The translations under genes were made by a program, and so were the position numbers. The notes below the pieces were generated by a model that saw only the letters and a program-made list of their open reading frames with translations, was not told the origin of the DNA and did no database searches. A stretch of DNA of 64,000 nt, taken from Nitrosopumilus sp. Its GTDB lineage: Archaea > Thermoproteota > Nitrososphaeria > Nitrososphaerales > Nitrosopumilaceae. Shown here one piece after another: positions 53,036 through 63,072 of the stretch (position 1 is its first letter; every line of letters starts with the position of its first letter). The stretch spans positions 768,001 through 832,000 of the forward strand of contig OZ245003.1 in NCBI GenBank assembly GCA_965223425.1. The letters are read 5' to 3'.

Positions 53036-54963
53036 GACCATCTCAATACGTCACCACATATGGAAGCGGTGCACTTATTGCATTACCGGACGGTCATGTC
53101 GTCATACCAACAATAAAGAAAATTGTTACAGATCTGAAAAGACATAACGCTTTTAACGTTGCAGACGATCTAGGCCGGTTCGGACTAGATAAATTTAGAA
53201 TAATGGATGAAAAAATGGAAAAAATTTTGGGACGGTACACAAATGAACAAATGTCAATAAAGATATTCGCACTTCCAACAAACGCAGATTTAGGAAAACC
53301 TGACAAGGAACCTCTTTTCAAAGCAGATATCTTTCCAAAATGGTCAGTGTGCTATCAACATTCTGACACTCCGATTCTCTCAAAGTTAATACAGAAAGGA
53401 GAACGTCCAAGCATCAGGTGTCCATTTTGTGAGGCGGACGGAAAGGATCCTCGCAGAGGTACGTCTGTCAGATTCATTCAAGCATGTAAAGCAGGACATA
53501 TGGACGATATAGATTGGAAGAAAGCAGTTCATATGGGAACAAAATGTTCGGGGGATGTTTTTCTCTGGCATGAAACCGGTAACAGTATGAATTTTTCCAT
53601 AAGCTGTTATGGCTATTATGATCGTTCTGGATTTCATCAGACTAAATGTGGTTCAACTGTAGACTATTTTACGTTAAAAAGTAGATCACAAAATAATGCC
53701 CTCCTATGTAGTGGAGTATTCCAAGAAGGAGGGAAGAAAAGATGTGAAGAGAATTCTAGAATAATTTTAAAAAATGCAAGTAATCTTAGAATATCAGAAA
53801 TCATTTCATCGGTTTATATTCCAAATATTCCGGGATATCTTTATGAATCTCTCTCCCCATACGCTCAAGTGCTTGATCGTTTTTATGATAAACAATTCAC
53901 GAAAGAGGAACTTGTTGAGTTTCTCAGAACTAGAAGGAATCGTTACAAAATTCCTCTTGATGTGATACGTGATGTGGATGAGGCATCAATAGAGGAGATT
54001 AAGGAATTACTAGACAACATGTGTTTGGTGATGGAACGCCAGACTGAAACGATTGATGTTAATGAAGCAATTGACAAGGAATTAGAAAGTCTGTTAAAAG
54101 CATCTGTAGAGGGATATCCTCCACAACAAAACAGTATGCCAACAAAATTTCATGTGGAGAACACGGACAACATTGTAATTGATTCTGAAGAGTTCGGACT
54201 CAGATTTAAAATCACACCCATAAGATTGCTCTATGTAACAAAAGTACAGGCAGGATACTATAGGGAAGTAGAAAGTACGGAGGAAGACGAGGATCTACAA
54301 GTTACAATTAGACATACTGGAAATCTAGTAAGAAACTACTATGACGAAGATGGATCTTTGGGTTCAAAAACCAGATGGTTCATAGGAAATCAGCCTCGAG
54401 GAGAAGGATTGTTCATCCAGACATGTGACACTAATTCTGAGAAACATCATGATCCACTTGATGGAAAAATCACCCCTGAAATAGACTCTTGGAAAAAATT
54501 ATTTGATAAATATTCAGAAAATGAAAAAGAAGAACGACGTAGAACCAATCCAAGATTTGTCTGGTGGCATTCGTTATCACACAAAATAATAAACCGTCTT
54601 GCGATAGATTCAGGATTTTCTGCCAGCAGTATGGGTGAACGAGTTTATTGCAGATGGAATAACTCCAAAAATATTTTTGAGAGTGGCATACTTTTATACA
54701 CTGCACAGACAGGGGGAGATGGTACTTTGGGCGGATTAACCAGTCTTGCGCGACAGTTTGAGAACATCCTCAAGAACATATCTGACGAGATCAAATCGTG
54801 TTCAAACGATCCCATATGCTATGAAAGGAAACACACCAAACGAAGAGCTAACGGTGCTGCATGTCATGCTTGCATGTTAATTTCTGAGACTTCATGTGAA
54901 TTATACAATAAATTTTTGGATAGAAGACTGGTCATGGAGATCATGAAGCATGGTAGTGTCTAG
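53017..54963 (+). CDS. drmB: DrmB-like DUF1998 protein
   Basis: LRPSQYVTTYGSGA, C..GHMDD, HSLSH, DGTLGGL, CSNDPIC, AACHAC..SETSC. Confidence 0.88.
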   Translation: MGRRQLRPSQYVTTYGSGALIALPDGHVVIPTIKKIVTDLKRHNAFNVADDLGRFGLDKFRIMDEKMEKILGRYTNEQMSIKIFALPTNADLGKPDKEPLFKADIFPKWSVCYQHSDTPILSKLIQKGERPSIRCPFCEADGKDPRRGTSVRFIQACKAGHMDDIDWKKAVHMGTKCSGDVFLWHETGNSMNFSISCYGYYDRSGFHQTKCGSTVDYFTLKSRSQNNALLCSGVFQEGGKKRCEENSRIILKNASNLRISEIISSVYIPNIPGYLYESLSPYAQVLDRFYDKQFTKEELVEFLRTRRNRYKIPLDVIRDVDEASIEEIKELLDNMCLVMERQTETIDVNEAIDKELESLLKASVEGYPPQQNSMPTKFHVENTDNIVIDSEEFGLRFKITPIRLLYVTKVQAGYYREVESTEEDEDLQVTIRHTGNLVRNYYDEDGSLGSKTRWFIGNQPRGEGLFIQTCDTNSEKHHDPLDGKITPEIDSWKKLFDKYSENEKEERRRTNPRFVWWHSLSHKIINRLAIDSGFSASSMGERVYCRWNNSKNIFESGILLYTAQTGGDGTLGGLTSLARQFENILKNISDEIKSCSNDPICYERKHTKRRANGAACHACMLISETSCELYNKFLDRRLVMEIMKHGSV

Positions 54964-55471
54964 AGGATTTGTAGACACGGTAGCTGTATCAGGCAATATA
55001 TGGTCCAGCCACGAGGCACTTGATGCCAAAACCCTCATTTTTGAATCGTTAAGAAAGGCCAAAACCAGCATCCAAATTTCAATTTTTTCCCTAGGCAAAA
55101 GAAATACAGAAACAGAGGAATTTTTTCAGATAATAGAAGACAAGTTAAAATCAAAAAGAACAGTTCAGTTTCTTGTCAATGATGTCAACGGTAAATTGGT
55201 GGGAAAATTTGCAAGAAGTAGATTGAACGATCTGACAAAATATCCTAATTTTGATCTTCAGAATTTTGTCTCAAAAAATAACGTTAGTCTTCATGCAAAA
55301 ATAATTGTAATAGACAGAAAGTTTGTCTTGGTTGGATCTGCAAATCTTTCTTATCATGGAATGTTTTCTAATTATGAAATAATACTAAAAGTCACAGGAA
55401 ACGCAGTGGCAGACATAGCAAATCTTATTGACAAGCTTGCAGTTGGAATAAAAAGCGGTGAAAAATTATAG
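54950..55471 (+). CDS. drmC: DrmC-like phospholipase D nuclease
   Basis: LHAKIIVID..GSANLS..NYE. Confidence 0.85.
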   Translation: MVVSRGFVDTVAVSGNIWSSHEALDAKTLIFESLRKAKTSIQISIFSLGKRNTETEEFFQIIEDKLKSKRTVQFLVNDVNGKLVGKFARSRLNDLTKYPNFDLQNFVSKNNVSLHAKIIVIDRKFVLVGSANLSYHGMFSNYEIILKVTGNAVADIANLIDKLAVGIKSGEKL

Positions 55472-55476
55472 TTGGG

Positions 55477-56895
55477 ATGACTTCAGACATAGAACAGAAA
55501 CTTATACGCGAACTAATCCCAAAATTCAACAAAGACATTATTGCAAAAATTTTGCATGATACACAAATGAGAAGTGATGATATGGAATTATATTCTCCAT
55601 CGCAATATGATCGAAAAATACAGATTCCAAGTTTAAAGGGTAATTACTGCTTCCGAATAAGACTTAAACTTCCAGTACAAATATTCATGCCAAAAGCAGC
55701 ATCAATTTTATCAGGCATCATCGTTAGTCATCGCTATAGCGAAAAATTCCCTACGGCGTTTGTTGCAACTTATATTGTCAATTTGAATCATTTCACATTA
55801 CTACGTCTTTTTGGTGAGAACGCAGATTTTTTTCCAGAAAGAAACAACCATGTTTATGAAGATTCGTGCAGAAAATTTGTTTATAAGGATAGAATTCCAT
55901 CAGAATTATCCAGTCTGAATTTTTTAGAGATGCGCAACATGAAAAAAGTAAATATGACTGTGGAGGAAATATCCGTTGCTAAGAAATGTTTTGAATTCTC
56001 ATACTGGAAAATACCGTCAGTGTATATGAATAACGAATATTCCACAATGCATAATTTTATCTATAACAATTCTCAGAAAATCTTCGGCATTTATAGAGTA
56101 TTCAAAACCATCTTCATGGTAGAAAAAATCAAGGAAAGAACTAGATATTGGGATTTCAAACCCCATGGTTTTAATTATCGCGATGCGGAGGGAATATTTC
56201 TAGCAGAGAATGACGCCAAACTGATTAATCGAAAAATATCTTTGATTGTTTCCGAACCTACTGCATCAAAACTAAAGGAGGGCGATATCGTCAATGCAAT
56301 ATTGGTGTTCCCAGAGAGAATCAAAGGAATACATAGTTCAAAATGCATACTTGCTGGCACTATAGGGAACAAAATTTCAAAAATGGACTATCGTGCCATC
56401 ATATCTATAATTTTTTATAAAATAAACCAAGAGATTTCAGAGACAAGCAAGCTTGTTGAATCTTTGACAATCGATGAATTGAAATCAAAGGTAAACAACA
56501 TGATTGAAACAAATAAAATGTTATTTGATTCGGGATGGTGTGATCTTGAATCAGATTTTTCAGAATCAATCGACAAAATGTATCCGTATCTGTTCAAATT
56601 CGAGGATCGGATGTACTTTATCCCTCCTGTCTTACTAGGATATCTAGTTGAGAAAGATGTCTCCATTACAGAAGAAAAACAAGTAATGATGGACATTATA
56701 AGACTTGTCAATATGATAGAGACCAAAGATGGCACTATGAATAAGACAAAAATAAATAAAATGGATTTACGTACATCGGAATTTGCCGACCGCCTACAAA
56801 AATCAAAAATCTTTACACATAACTGGCAACCATTTCTTTCAGATCTTCCTCGTTTAGCAAACAGGATGGTTTACTCTAGAATAATCTCTCAGTAG
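55477..56895 (+). CDS. Hypothetical protein (472 aa), last gene of the operon
   Basis: Starts 5 nt after drmC; no recognised motif. Confidence 0.8.
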   Translation: MTSDIEQKLIRELIPKFNKDIIAKILHDTQMRSDDMELYSPSQYDRKIQIPSLKGNYCFRIRLKLPVQIFMPKAASILSGIIVSHRYSEKFPTAFVATYIVNLNHFTLLRLFGENADFFPERNNHVYEDSCRKFVYKDRIPSELSSLNFLEMRNMKKVNMTVEEISVAKKCFEFSYWKIPSVYMNNEYSTMHNFIYNNSQKIFGIYRVFKTIFMVEKIKERTRYWDFKPHGFNYRDAEGIFLAENDAKLINRKISLIVSEPTASKLKEGDIVNAILVFPERIKGIHSSKCILAGTIGNKISKMDYRAIISIIFYKINQEISETSKLVESLTIDELKSKVNNMIETNKMLFDSGWCDLESDFSESIDKMYPYLFKFEDRMYFIPPVLLGYLVEKDVSITEEKQVMMDIIRLVNMIETKDGTMNKTKINKMDLRTSEFADRLQKSKIFTHNWQPFLSDLPRLANRMVYSRIISQ

Positions 56896-57135
56896 TCAAA
56901 CGTAGACAATATTGGAAGTTTCCATGCATGGTAGATTTTGTCAAGGCGTCAAAAACAGTGTAAGACAGTCACACTCTAGGCGATTTCCAGTTATGAGAAG
57001 ATCCACATTCAAGTCCATATAGTCATAACTACACAGAATCCAAAAACATATTTTCATATCTTCATATCTTCCAGCCGTTATTCCAACAATCCCAATTTGA
57101 TAATTCGATGATCTAAATTTACCAGATTGAACATA

Positions 57136-58436
57136 CAGTAGTTGGGATTGTACCGTTCCAAAACAGCCCACAAATCACCCGGTAGGCGGCGGCCACCTAG
57201 CATACACATATTCTGCAAACACGCGGATCATCCTGTTTAAAACACCGGCAAGCGTCACATGATATCTTTGTCTGCCCACCGTGCGACGCAGGCCTATCCA
57301 GATGTTGTTTATCACCAGTGACAAGACAAACAAAAGCATCCGTACGGAGGGGTTCCTGCTGGCAGTGCGCGCGCGTACGCTCTTTGCAGACCTGTACCCC
57401 GTTTCAATTCCCCAACGTTTTTTGTACTGCTCTGGGATGTACTTGACAACGTCCCTTTCATTCTCGCATGGCAGCGACGTTGCAAATGCGCGATACCTGT
57501 CAAACATGGTGCCGTCTTTTTTCCCGGCGTCATCCCTGATCAGAACCAGGTTGAACGTGAACTTTTCGGAGCCTGATTTTATGGTGTACCTAGAGACATC
57601 GCCGCGCTTTCCTTGGGCGTGCTGTACAATGGCGCGCTTGATGCCGGCATTCTTTTTTGCCGGCATGATAAAATGCCTGTGAAGCGATCTGACAGTCCGC
57701 ATCACGTCTGTTGCGTAAAACTCCCTGTCAAAAGGTAGAGGCCGATTCCAAGGTGCAGCTTGGAGCACTTTTTGATGGTTTTACGCACGAACTCGCCGTT
57801 GGATGTACCCCGGGTGACCGGACTGAAGCACAGGTTGGCCTCCTTGCCGCCCTGCACTATCTTGGATGTCATGTATGACTCAAACCTGTACGTTCCTGAC
57901 TCGTATTTTGACTGTATGAGGTGTTTGAGGTCGGGGTTTTTGTCATGGTGCGGAATCTTGTGCTTGTCTATTGCAGCCACTGCCGTTTCGTTGCTGATGC
58001 GTCGCCTCATGCTGCGGCATGCCGTGTTGACCGTATCATGCATCATCTGGTCGCAGAAACAGCTCATCTTGTCCTGCTTTATGATGCGCAGCTTTTTGAG
58101 CAGCCAGCTGCCCGACGGCATGCGGATGCCGGGAGAGCCGAGATCGCGTGCGCCGTTGGCGTATCCGTTGGAGCTGGCCATGACCAGAAGCATGTGCGCT
58201 GCATCCCTGAGGCCGTACAGCGTGTTGTGTCTTGTGCCAAAGGCAAGGTTCAGGCGCTGCAGTGCGGACTGGAAGATTTTAAACCCCCTGATGTCTTGAT
58301 TCTGTTGGTGTGTTTGCCCATCTTTTTCGTACATGTTAAGGTGGGTGAGCATGCCTTGTATTTGGATCTGGTTGATCGTGTTTTGTTCTCAAAATGATCA
58401 GTTTGGGCTATCCAAAATGTACAATCCCAACTACTG
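57136..58436 (-). mobile_element. ISH3-family IS, copy 3 (same frameshift as copy 1)
   Basis: Same TIRs; near-identical to 4913-6216; flanks ACATA/GTCTG, so no TSD. Confidence 0.92.
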
Positions 58437-58619
58437 GTCTGATTTGATGTCCGAGCTATCTCTTATTTTAGATTGATTAAACCGTAGTATTTTCATTCAT
58501 AATACCCACATTTGTCATATCAAAATTTATGAATTTTGGATTGTGATTATATATACTTGAACCAGCAAAATCTTGGTTCTAAGGTAGTCTTTTTATTGGA
58601 TAAAACCGCATTATATGGT

Positions 58620-58683
58620 AGCGAGTAAGTCCACTTGTCGTGCCGCAAGGCGTAGGATTTATCCGAGGACAGGCGGCTTTGCT
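58620..58683 (+). ncRNA. Candidate DUF3800-associated structured RNA
   Basis: Nested stems AGCGAG/TTTGCT and GTCC/GGAC, GCC-GCAA-GGC tetraloop, GGA-TTTA-TCC; TTTTAT about 25-29 nt upstream. Confidence 0.6.
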
Positions 58684-58689
58684 TTCTAA

Positions 58690-59457
58690 TCAAGATAATC
58701 TGAATGAGCCGTCTGCTATAAAATTTGGTTTGAGTAAATCTCTGTATGTCGAATCATTATGTTTTAACGCAAGATGAAATGCGCCTGCAATAAAATCACT
58801 TGCCCATATTCCCGGCGTTTTCAACGAATCAGTGTCACGAAAAGTAATCTGTCCGCCACAATCCTTTACATTTTTGTCAGAATTAGCCGCGTATGCATCA
58901 TGCATGTCTTTATTGAATGCCTTTGTTTGACCGTGATTCAATCGTCCACGATCATAAATGACTTGTGGGGCAATCAAAGTGGAAATATTTGGTAATATAT
59001 TGTCAAACAATGATTTCTTGAAAAGAATATTTCCAATATTTTCAGCAGTACATGTTTTATCTTGAATATCTGTTTTTTTGAGAATTCCTGCAAAGATACC
59101 GTCGGATTTATCAAGTATTGCTCTTGCAGTTTTATTTCGCACAGTAGAATAATTTGGTGCCCAGTCTATTTCAATTTCATCCGTTGAATATCCTAATTTT
59201 AATAATGCAGGAGTGGGATAGAATTTGATTTCCTTTAATTTTGATGGGTATAGATTGTCCTTATGTAATTCCAACAATAGTTTATGGAGATGTTTGTTTA
59301 GTTTTTTAGATTTCTTGCAATAGCAAAATCCCATAATAAAAAATGGATGTTTTCTATTATGCTCAAGTTTTCGCATACCTGCATTGCCTGATTCATCTAC
59401 ATAGATTATCTCATGTCTGGTTTTACGTCTGCTAGAAAATTTAGATATGTTATTCAT
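58690..59457 (-). CDS. DUF3800 protein
   Basis: IYVDESG, EIKF, YD, DS..PGIWASDFIAG. Confidence 0.85.
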   Translation of the reverse strand: MNNISKFSSRRKTRHEIIYVDESGNAGMRKLEHNRKHPFFIMGFCYCKKSKKLNKHLHKLLLELHKDNLYPSKLKEIKFYPTPALLKLGYSTDEIEIDWAPNYSTVRNKTARAILDKSDGIFAGILKKTDIQDKTCTAENIGNILFKKSLFDNILPNISTLIAPQVIYDRGRLNHGQTKAFNKDMHDAYAANSDKNVKDCGGQITFRDTDSLKTPGIWASDFIAGAFHLALKHNDSTYRDLLKPNFIADGSFRLS

Positions 59458-60620
59458 GATTTCTTAATACTTACCTTCTCTAGTAATTTTATACAAGAAC
59501 AAATCTCATCTGCAGCAAACCATATCTCTTCAGCCGTATTGAATCTGCCACAGCCAATACGTATGGAGGAGTGAGCCTGCTCCTCACTTAGACCCAGTGC
59601 AAGTAAGACATGCGATGGCTCTACTGTCTGGGTCGTACATGCAGAGCCCGCCGAAATTGCAAGTTTTTCAGATACGGAGTTGATTATCGCCTTGCCGTCA
59701 ATTCCTTCAAATCGGACATTGAGATTGTGAACCAGTCTGCTTGCAAAATCACCATTTATCTCTGCACCTACTGTATCCAATTTAGCAAACATCTGTCCCA
59801 TCCATGTTTTAAATTTGATATTCTCTGCATCCATTTCTTTTTGTGCAATCTCTACTGCCTTTGCAAATCCTACAATTCCAGGAACATTGAGGGTGCCTGA
59901 GCGAATGTTTCTCTCCTGTCCTCCGCCATGAATGATTGGCTCAAGTTTTACTCGCGGCATAACACTCCTAACATACAGCGCACCGATTCCCTTGGGACCG
60001 TAAATCTTATGAGATGAAAACGACATCAAGTCAATGTTCATCTGTTGCACATCAATTCTAACATGCCCTACAGCTTGTGCGGCATCTGTATGAAACAAGA
60101 CATTATTCTCATGAGCTATTCTGCCAATCCCTGCAATGTCTTGTATGGTTCCAATCTCATTGTTTGCAAACATTACAGATATCAAAGCAGTCTCATCAGT
60201 TATCACATTCTTTAATTCCTCCAGACTTATCATTCCGGATTCATCTACTGGCAGATACGTCACCTTGTACCCTTGTGATTCTAGATACCGTGCAGTGTCC
60301 AGTATCGCCTTGTGTTCTGTAACACATGTAATCAGATGTTTGCCACTGCTTTTCTCCATGACTCCAGTCAGTGCAAGATTATCAGATTCTGTAGCTCCTG
60401 ATGTAAAGATGATATCATCTGCGTGTGCATTAATCGCATCGGCAATTTTTTCTCGCGATTTGGACACTGCAACTGATGCGTCATGTCCTTTAGAATGATC
60501 AAGGCTTGATGCATTGCCAAAGTTTTCCGTAAAGTATGGCAGCATCTCTTCTAATACGCGTGGGTCTACAGGCGTGGTTGCGTGATAGTCCAAATAAATT
60601 GGAAAATTAATCTCTGGCAT
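59454..60620 (-). CDS. dndA: DndA/IscS-type cysteine desulfurase
   Basis: YLDYHATTP, SSHKIYGPKG, SAGSAC; follows dndE. Confidence 0.88.
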   Translation of the reverse strand: MPEINFPIYLDYHATTPVDPRVLEEMLPYFTENFGNASSLDHSKGHDASVAVSKSREKIADAINAHADDIIFTSGATESDNLALTGVMEKSSGKHLITCVTEHKAILDTARYLESQGYKVTYLPVDESGMISLEELKNVITDETALISVMFANNEIGTIQDIAGIGRIAHENNVLFHTDAAQAVGHVRIDVQQMNIDLMSFSSHKIYGPKGIGALYVRSVMPRVKLEPIIHGGGQERNIRSGTLNVPGIVGFAKAVEIAQKEMDAENIKFKTWMGQMFAKLDTVGAEINGDFASRLVHNLNVRFEGIDGKAIINSVSEKLAISAGSACTTQTVEPSHVLLALGLSEEQAHSSIRIGCGRFNTAEEIWFAADEICSCIKLLEKVSIKKS

Positions 60621-60719
60621 TTTCTATACTTCCATCATGCACTTTGTCAATAGAATTCAATATGGATAGTTCTTGAATCGCATTTTGAAATGATTCATGA
60701 GGCTTGATTGATTTTATCT

Positions 60720-61091
60720 TCAATTTCCTCTTGCCTCCTTTACCAATTCATAAAAGTCTGACAGATCGTCGACTCGTTGTCTGAGTGAGAGAATTCCCCG
60801 GTTCAAGTGCGCACGCATCTGATCATCCAAATATTCTGCATCCAGTCCATCCTTTCTCAGTCGGTTTATCAGCAGTGCAAGATATATCGGCTTGTGCTTG
60901 CCAAACAATACTTCGGCAGTAAAGTCAGAGCCATCTTTGTTATACTCGTCCGGATTTGGAATTCCTCTCTGTCGTAAAGACAGACACAGTCCAAATCTTG
61001 CCAGTATGTTTGGCGTAAGACCAGTACTGCTTCGCATGTTACCTAGCAGTTTTGTGCTGCGCGTGCTTATCTTAATTCCGTATGTCTTCAA
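60720..61091 (-). CDS. dndE: DNA phosphorothioation protein DndE
   Basis: TGLTPNILARFGLCLSL, AHLNRG. Confidence 0.92.
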   Translation of the reverse strand: MKTYGIKISTRSTKLLGNMRSSTGLTPNILARFGLCLSLRQRGIPNPDEYNKDGSDFTAEVLFGKHKPIYLALLINRLRKDGLDAEYLDDQMRAHLNRGILSLRQRVDDLSDFYELVKEARGN

Positions 61092-63072
61092 CTATATCTC
61101 CTCCAAAATATCTGTCATTGATTTCAGTCTTGCCACGCTCAGGATCATACTGTATTGTCATTGATTTTGAGATGTATGGTTCGAGTTTCCTATAGTAAGA
61201 TGTAGTGATCTCAGAGTTTGTAGAAAGTATTATTGTCTGGTGTGATGCAGACGGATAAAAGTTATCAACAAGTTTGTCTCGGTGTTCCACGTCAAGCCGT
61301 GCAAGCGGCGTGTCTATGATAAATGGAAGTGGCCTATCAGAAGTCTTTGCAAGACCCCATACTATGGCAGTAGCATACATCTGCAGCTCACCACTAGATA
61401 ACACGTCCTTTGTTATCTCATCATCGTTTTTCTTGTACAGTTTTACCTCAAATGTTTCCCGGTTGATTGATATTTTCTCGATAAAGTTTTTCTTGTGAAA
61501 TAATCTCTTTATTCCTTCCAGAATGTATCCTTCTAGCAGTTCTATCTTTTTGCCCCGTAGCTGCATTGCATATTCATCCAAGGCGTCTTGTATCTTGGGA
61601 CCCAACTCAAGGCCTGCCAGTCTCCTACTGTCCATGGTTCTCTTTGCAAGGTTCTGTCGTATCTTTGAGTTTAGTATTACAATCATGGATTTTTCCTGTG
61701 ATTCTAGCTCCGTCAGGTGGTTCAGTTCTGCCTCGAGCTCACCTATATGGCGGCTTGTCTTTTTTAGTTCCGAAAAGACCGGCCCGATTTCATCTTGTTT
61801 GGGCGATACGTCAAGTGCAGATTGGATGTCCTTGAGTGACTTTATCGCTTCACTGTGTTCTTTTGAATATTTTTCTATCTGGGATATTCCTATATCTTGT
61901 ATTTTATCAATTAATTGAATTATGTCGTTCATGTCATTTGTAGAAAAATTAAACAGTGTGTCATCTGCATTTGGTATTGAGTGTAATCTTTGTGCAAAGA
62001 CCTCCTTTAATGTATCGGCATCTTTTGTGCAGAGATCTGTTGATTCCAATATGCCATCAAAATTTTTTCCCAGTATGTTTTTTGCAAAGCTTCCCTCGAT
62101 TCTCTTTTGATCCATTCCTATCTCTTCTTTTAATTCCTTCATCTCTTGTGGAATGATTGTAAATGGCAGTGTGTCAGCACAAATGTTTCGTATCTGCTTC
62201 TCCATTGATTCCAGACCAGCTTCCGTCTTTGTCTTTTGAATCATCAACTCTTCGCGCTTTTGTGCAAACATGCCGCCAAGCTTTGAGAACTGTTCCTCTT
62301 GAACATCAAGTTGTCTCTGAAGGCCGTTTATCTCGGCCTTGAGGTATGTCTGCTTTTCATGGTAAGTGTCAATCTTTTTTTCTGCCTCTTGTTTTTCCTG
62401 CGTCTTTTGTTCAATGTCATCAAGAATTTTCCTAGTCTCACCGTCAGAGTCGCGCAACATGTACAGACCCATGTCGTCATGAAGCTGTTTTACCAAGTCC
62501 AAACCAAGCAGTGTATCAAAGGATGATCTGATGTGTTCTCCCTCATCTCCAGAATCTGCAATGGATTGGATCTTTTCACCATCAAAAAAGAAGAGATTTG
62601 TAATTCCTTTTGGCAATAGCTGGTCAATGAAGAGCTGCCATTCAGATTCTTCTATCGAATCCAAATTTGCATAATCGCTATCAGTTGGTGTCTTTTTTCT
62701 GACAGTCAACGTCTCTTGTATCTTGCCGGAATTGTTCTGCCACATGCGAATCACCTGATACTGGGTGATTGCCCCATCGTGTGCATACTGAAATTCGACC
62801 ACAATGGATGCCTCTTCAGCTGACTTTTTCGTGCCTGCATACCTGTGAAATGACTTTAGAATTATCTCAGAATATTGTTTTTGGGAGATCTTTTGTGCAA
62901 ACGACCTCTGACCATACAGGCACAGCATGATTGATTCAAATAATGTGGTCTTGCCTGCACCGTTTCTGCCGCCGCAAAGAATTATGGGTCTGTCTTCAGA
63001 TACTGCAAAGTCAAACTCGTTGCGGCCCCCGTACGTACCAAAGTCATTAAGTGTTATTTTCTTTAAAAGCAT
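61072..63072 (-). CDS. dndD: DndD SMC-like ATPase
   Basis: GRNGAGKTT, FFFDGEKI, LSSGE, IIDTPLARLD, ASHQTIILST. Confidence 0.95.
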   Translation of the reverse strand: MLLKKITLNDFGTYGGRNEFDFAVSEDRPIILCGGRNGAGKTTLFESIMLCLYGQRSFAQKISQKQYSEIILKSFHRYAGTKKSAEEASIVVEFQYAHDGAITQYQVIRMWQNNSGKIQETLTVRKKTPTDSDYANLDSIEESEWQLFIDQLLPKGITNLFFFDGEKIQSIADSGDEGEHIRSSFDTLLGLDLVKQLHDDMGLYMLRDSDGETRKILDDIEQKTQEKQEAEKKIDTYHEKQTYLKAEINGLQRQLDVQEEQFSKLGGMFAQKREELMIQKTKTEAGLESMEKQIRNICADTLPFTIIPQEMKELKEEIGMDQKRIEGSFAKNILGKNFDGILESTDLCTKDADTLKEVFAQRLHSIPNADDTLFNFSTNDMNDIIQLIDKIQDIGISQIEKYSKEHSEAIKSLKDIQSALDVSPKQDEIGPVFSELKKTSRHIGELEAELNHLTELESQEKSMIVILNSKIRQNLAKRTMDSRRLAGLELGPKIQDALDEYAMQLRGKKIELLEGYILEGIKRLFHKKNFIEKISINRETFEVKLYKKNDDEITKDVLSSGELQMYATAIVWGLAKTSDRPLPFIIDTPLARLDVEHRDKLVDNFYPSASHQTIILSTNSEITTSYYRKLEPYISKSMTIQYDPERGKTEINDRYFGGDIVEDIRN

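Noticed and set aside
44726-58436. Proven composite transposon carrying DISARM
   Set aside because: The outer flanks (AAATT vs GTCTG) are not duplicated.
56941-58496. Gene split by ISH3 copy 3 (MKILRFNQ.. + YVQSGKF..)
   Set aside because: The halves join in frame, but there is no TSD or recognisable motif; unsupported.
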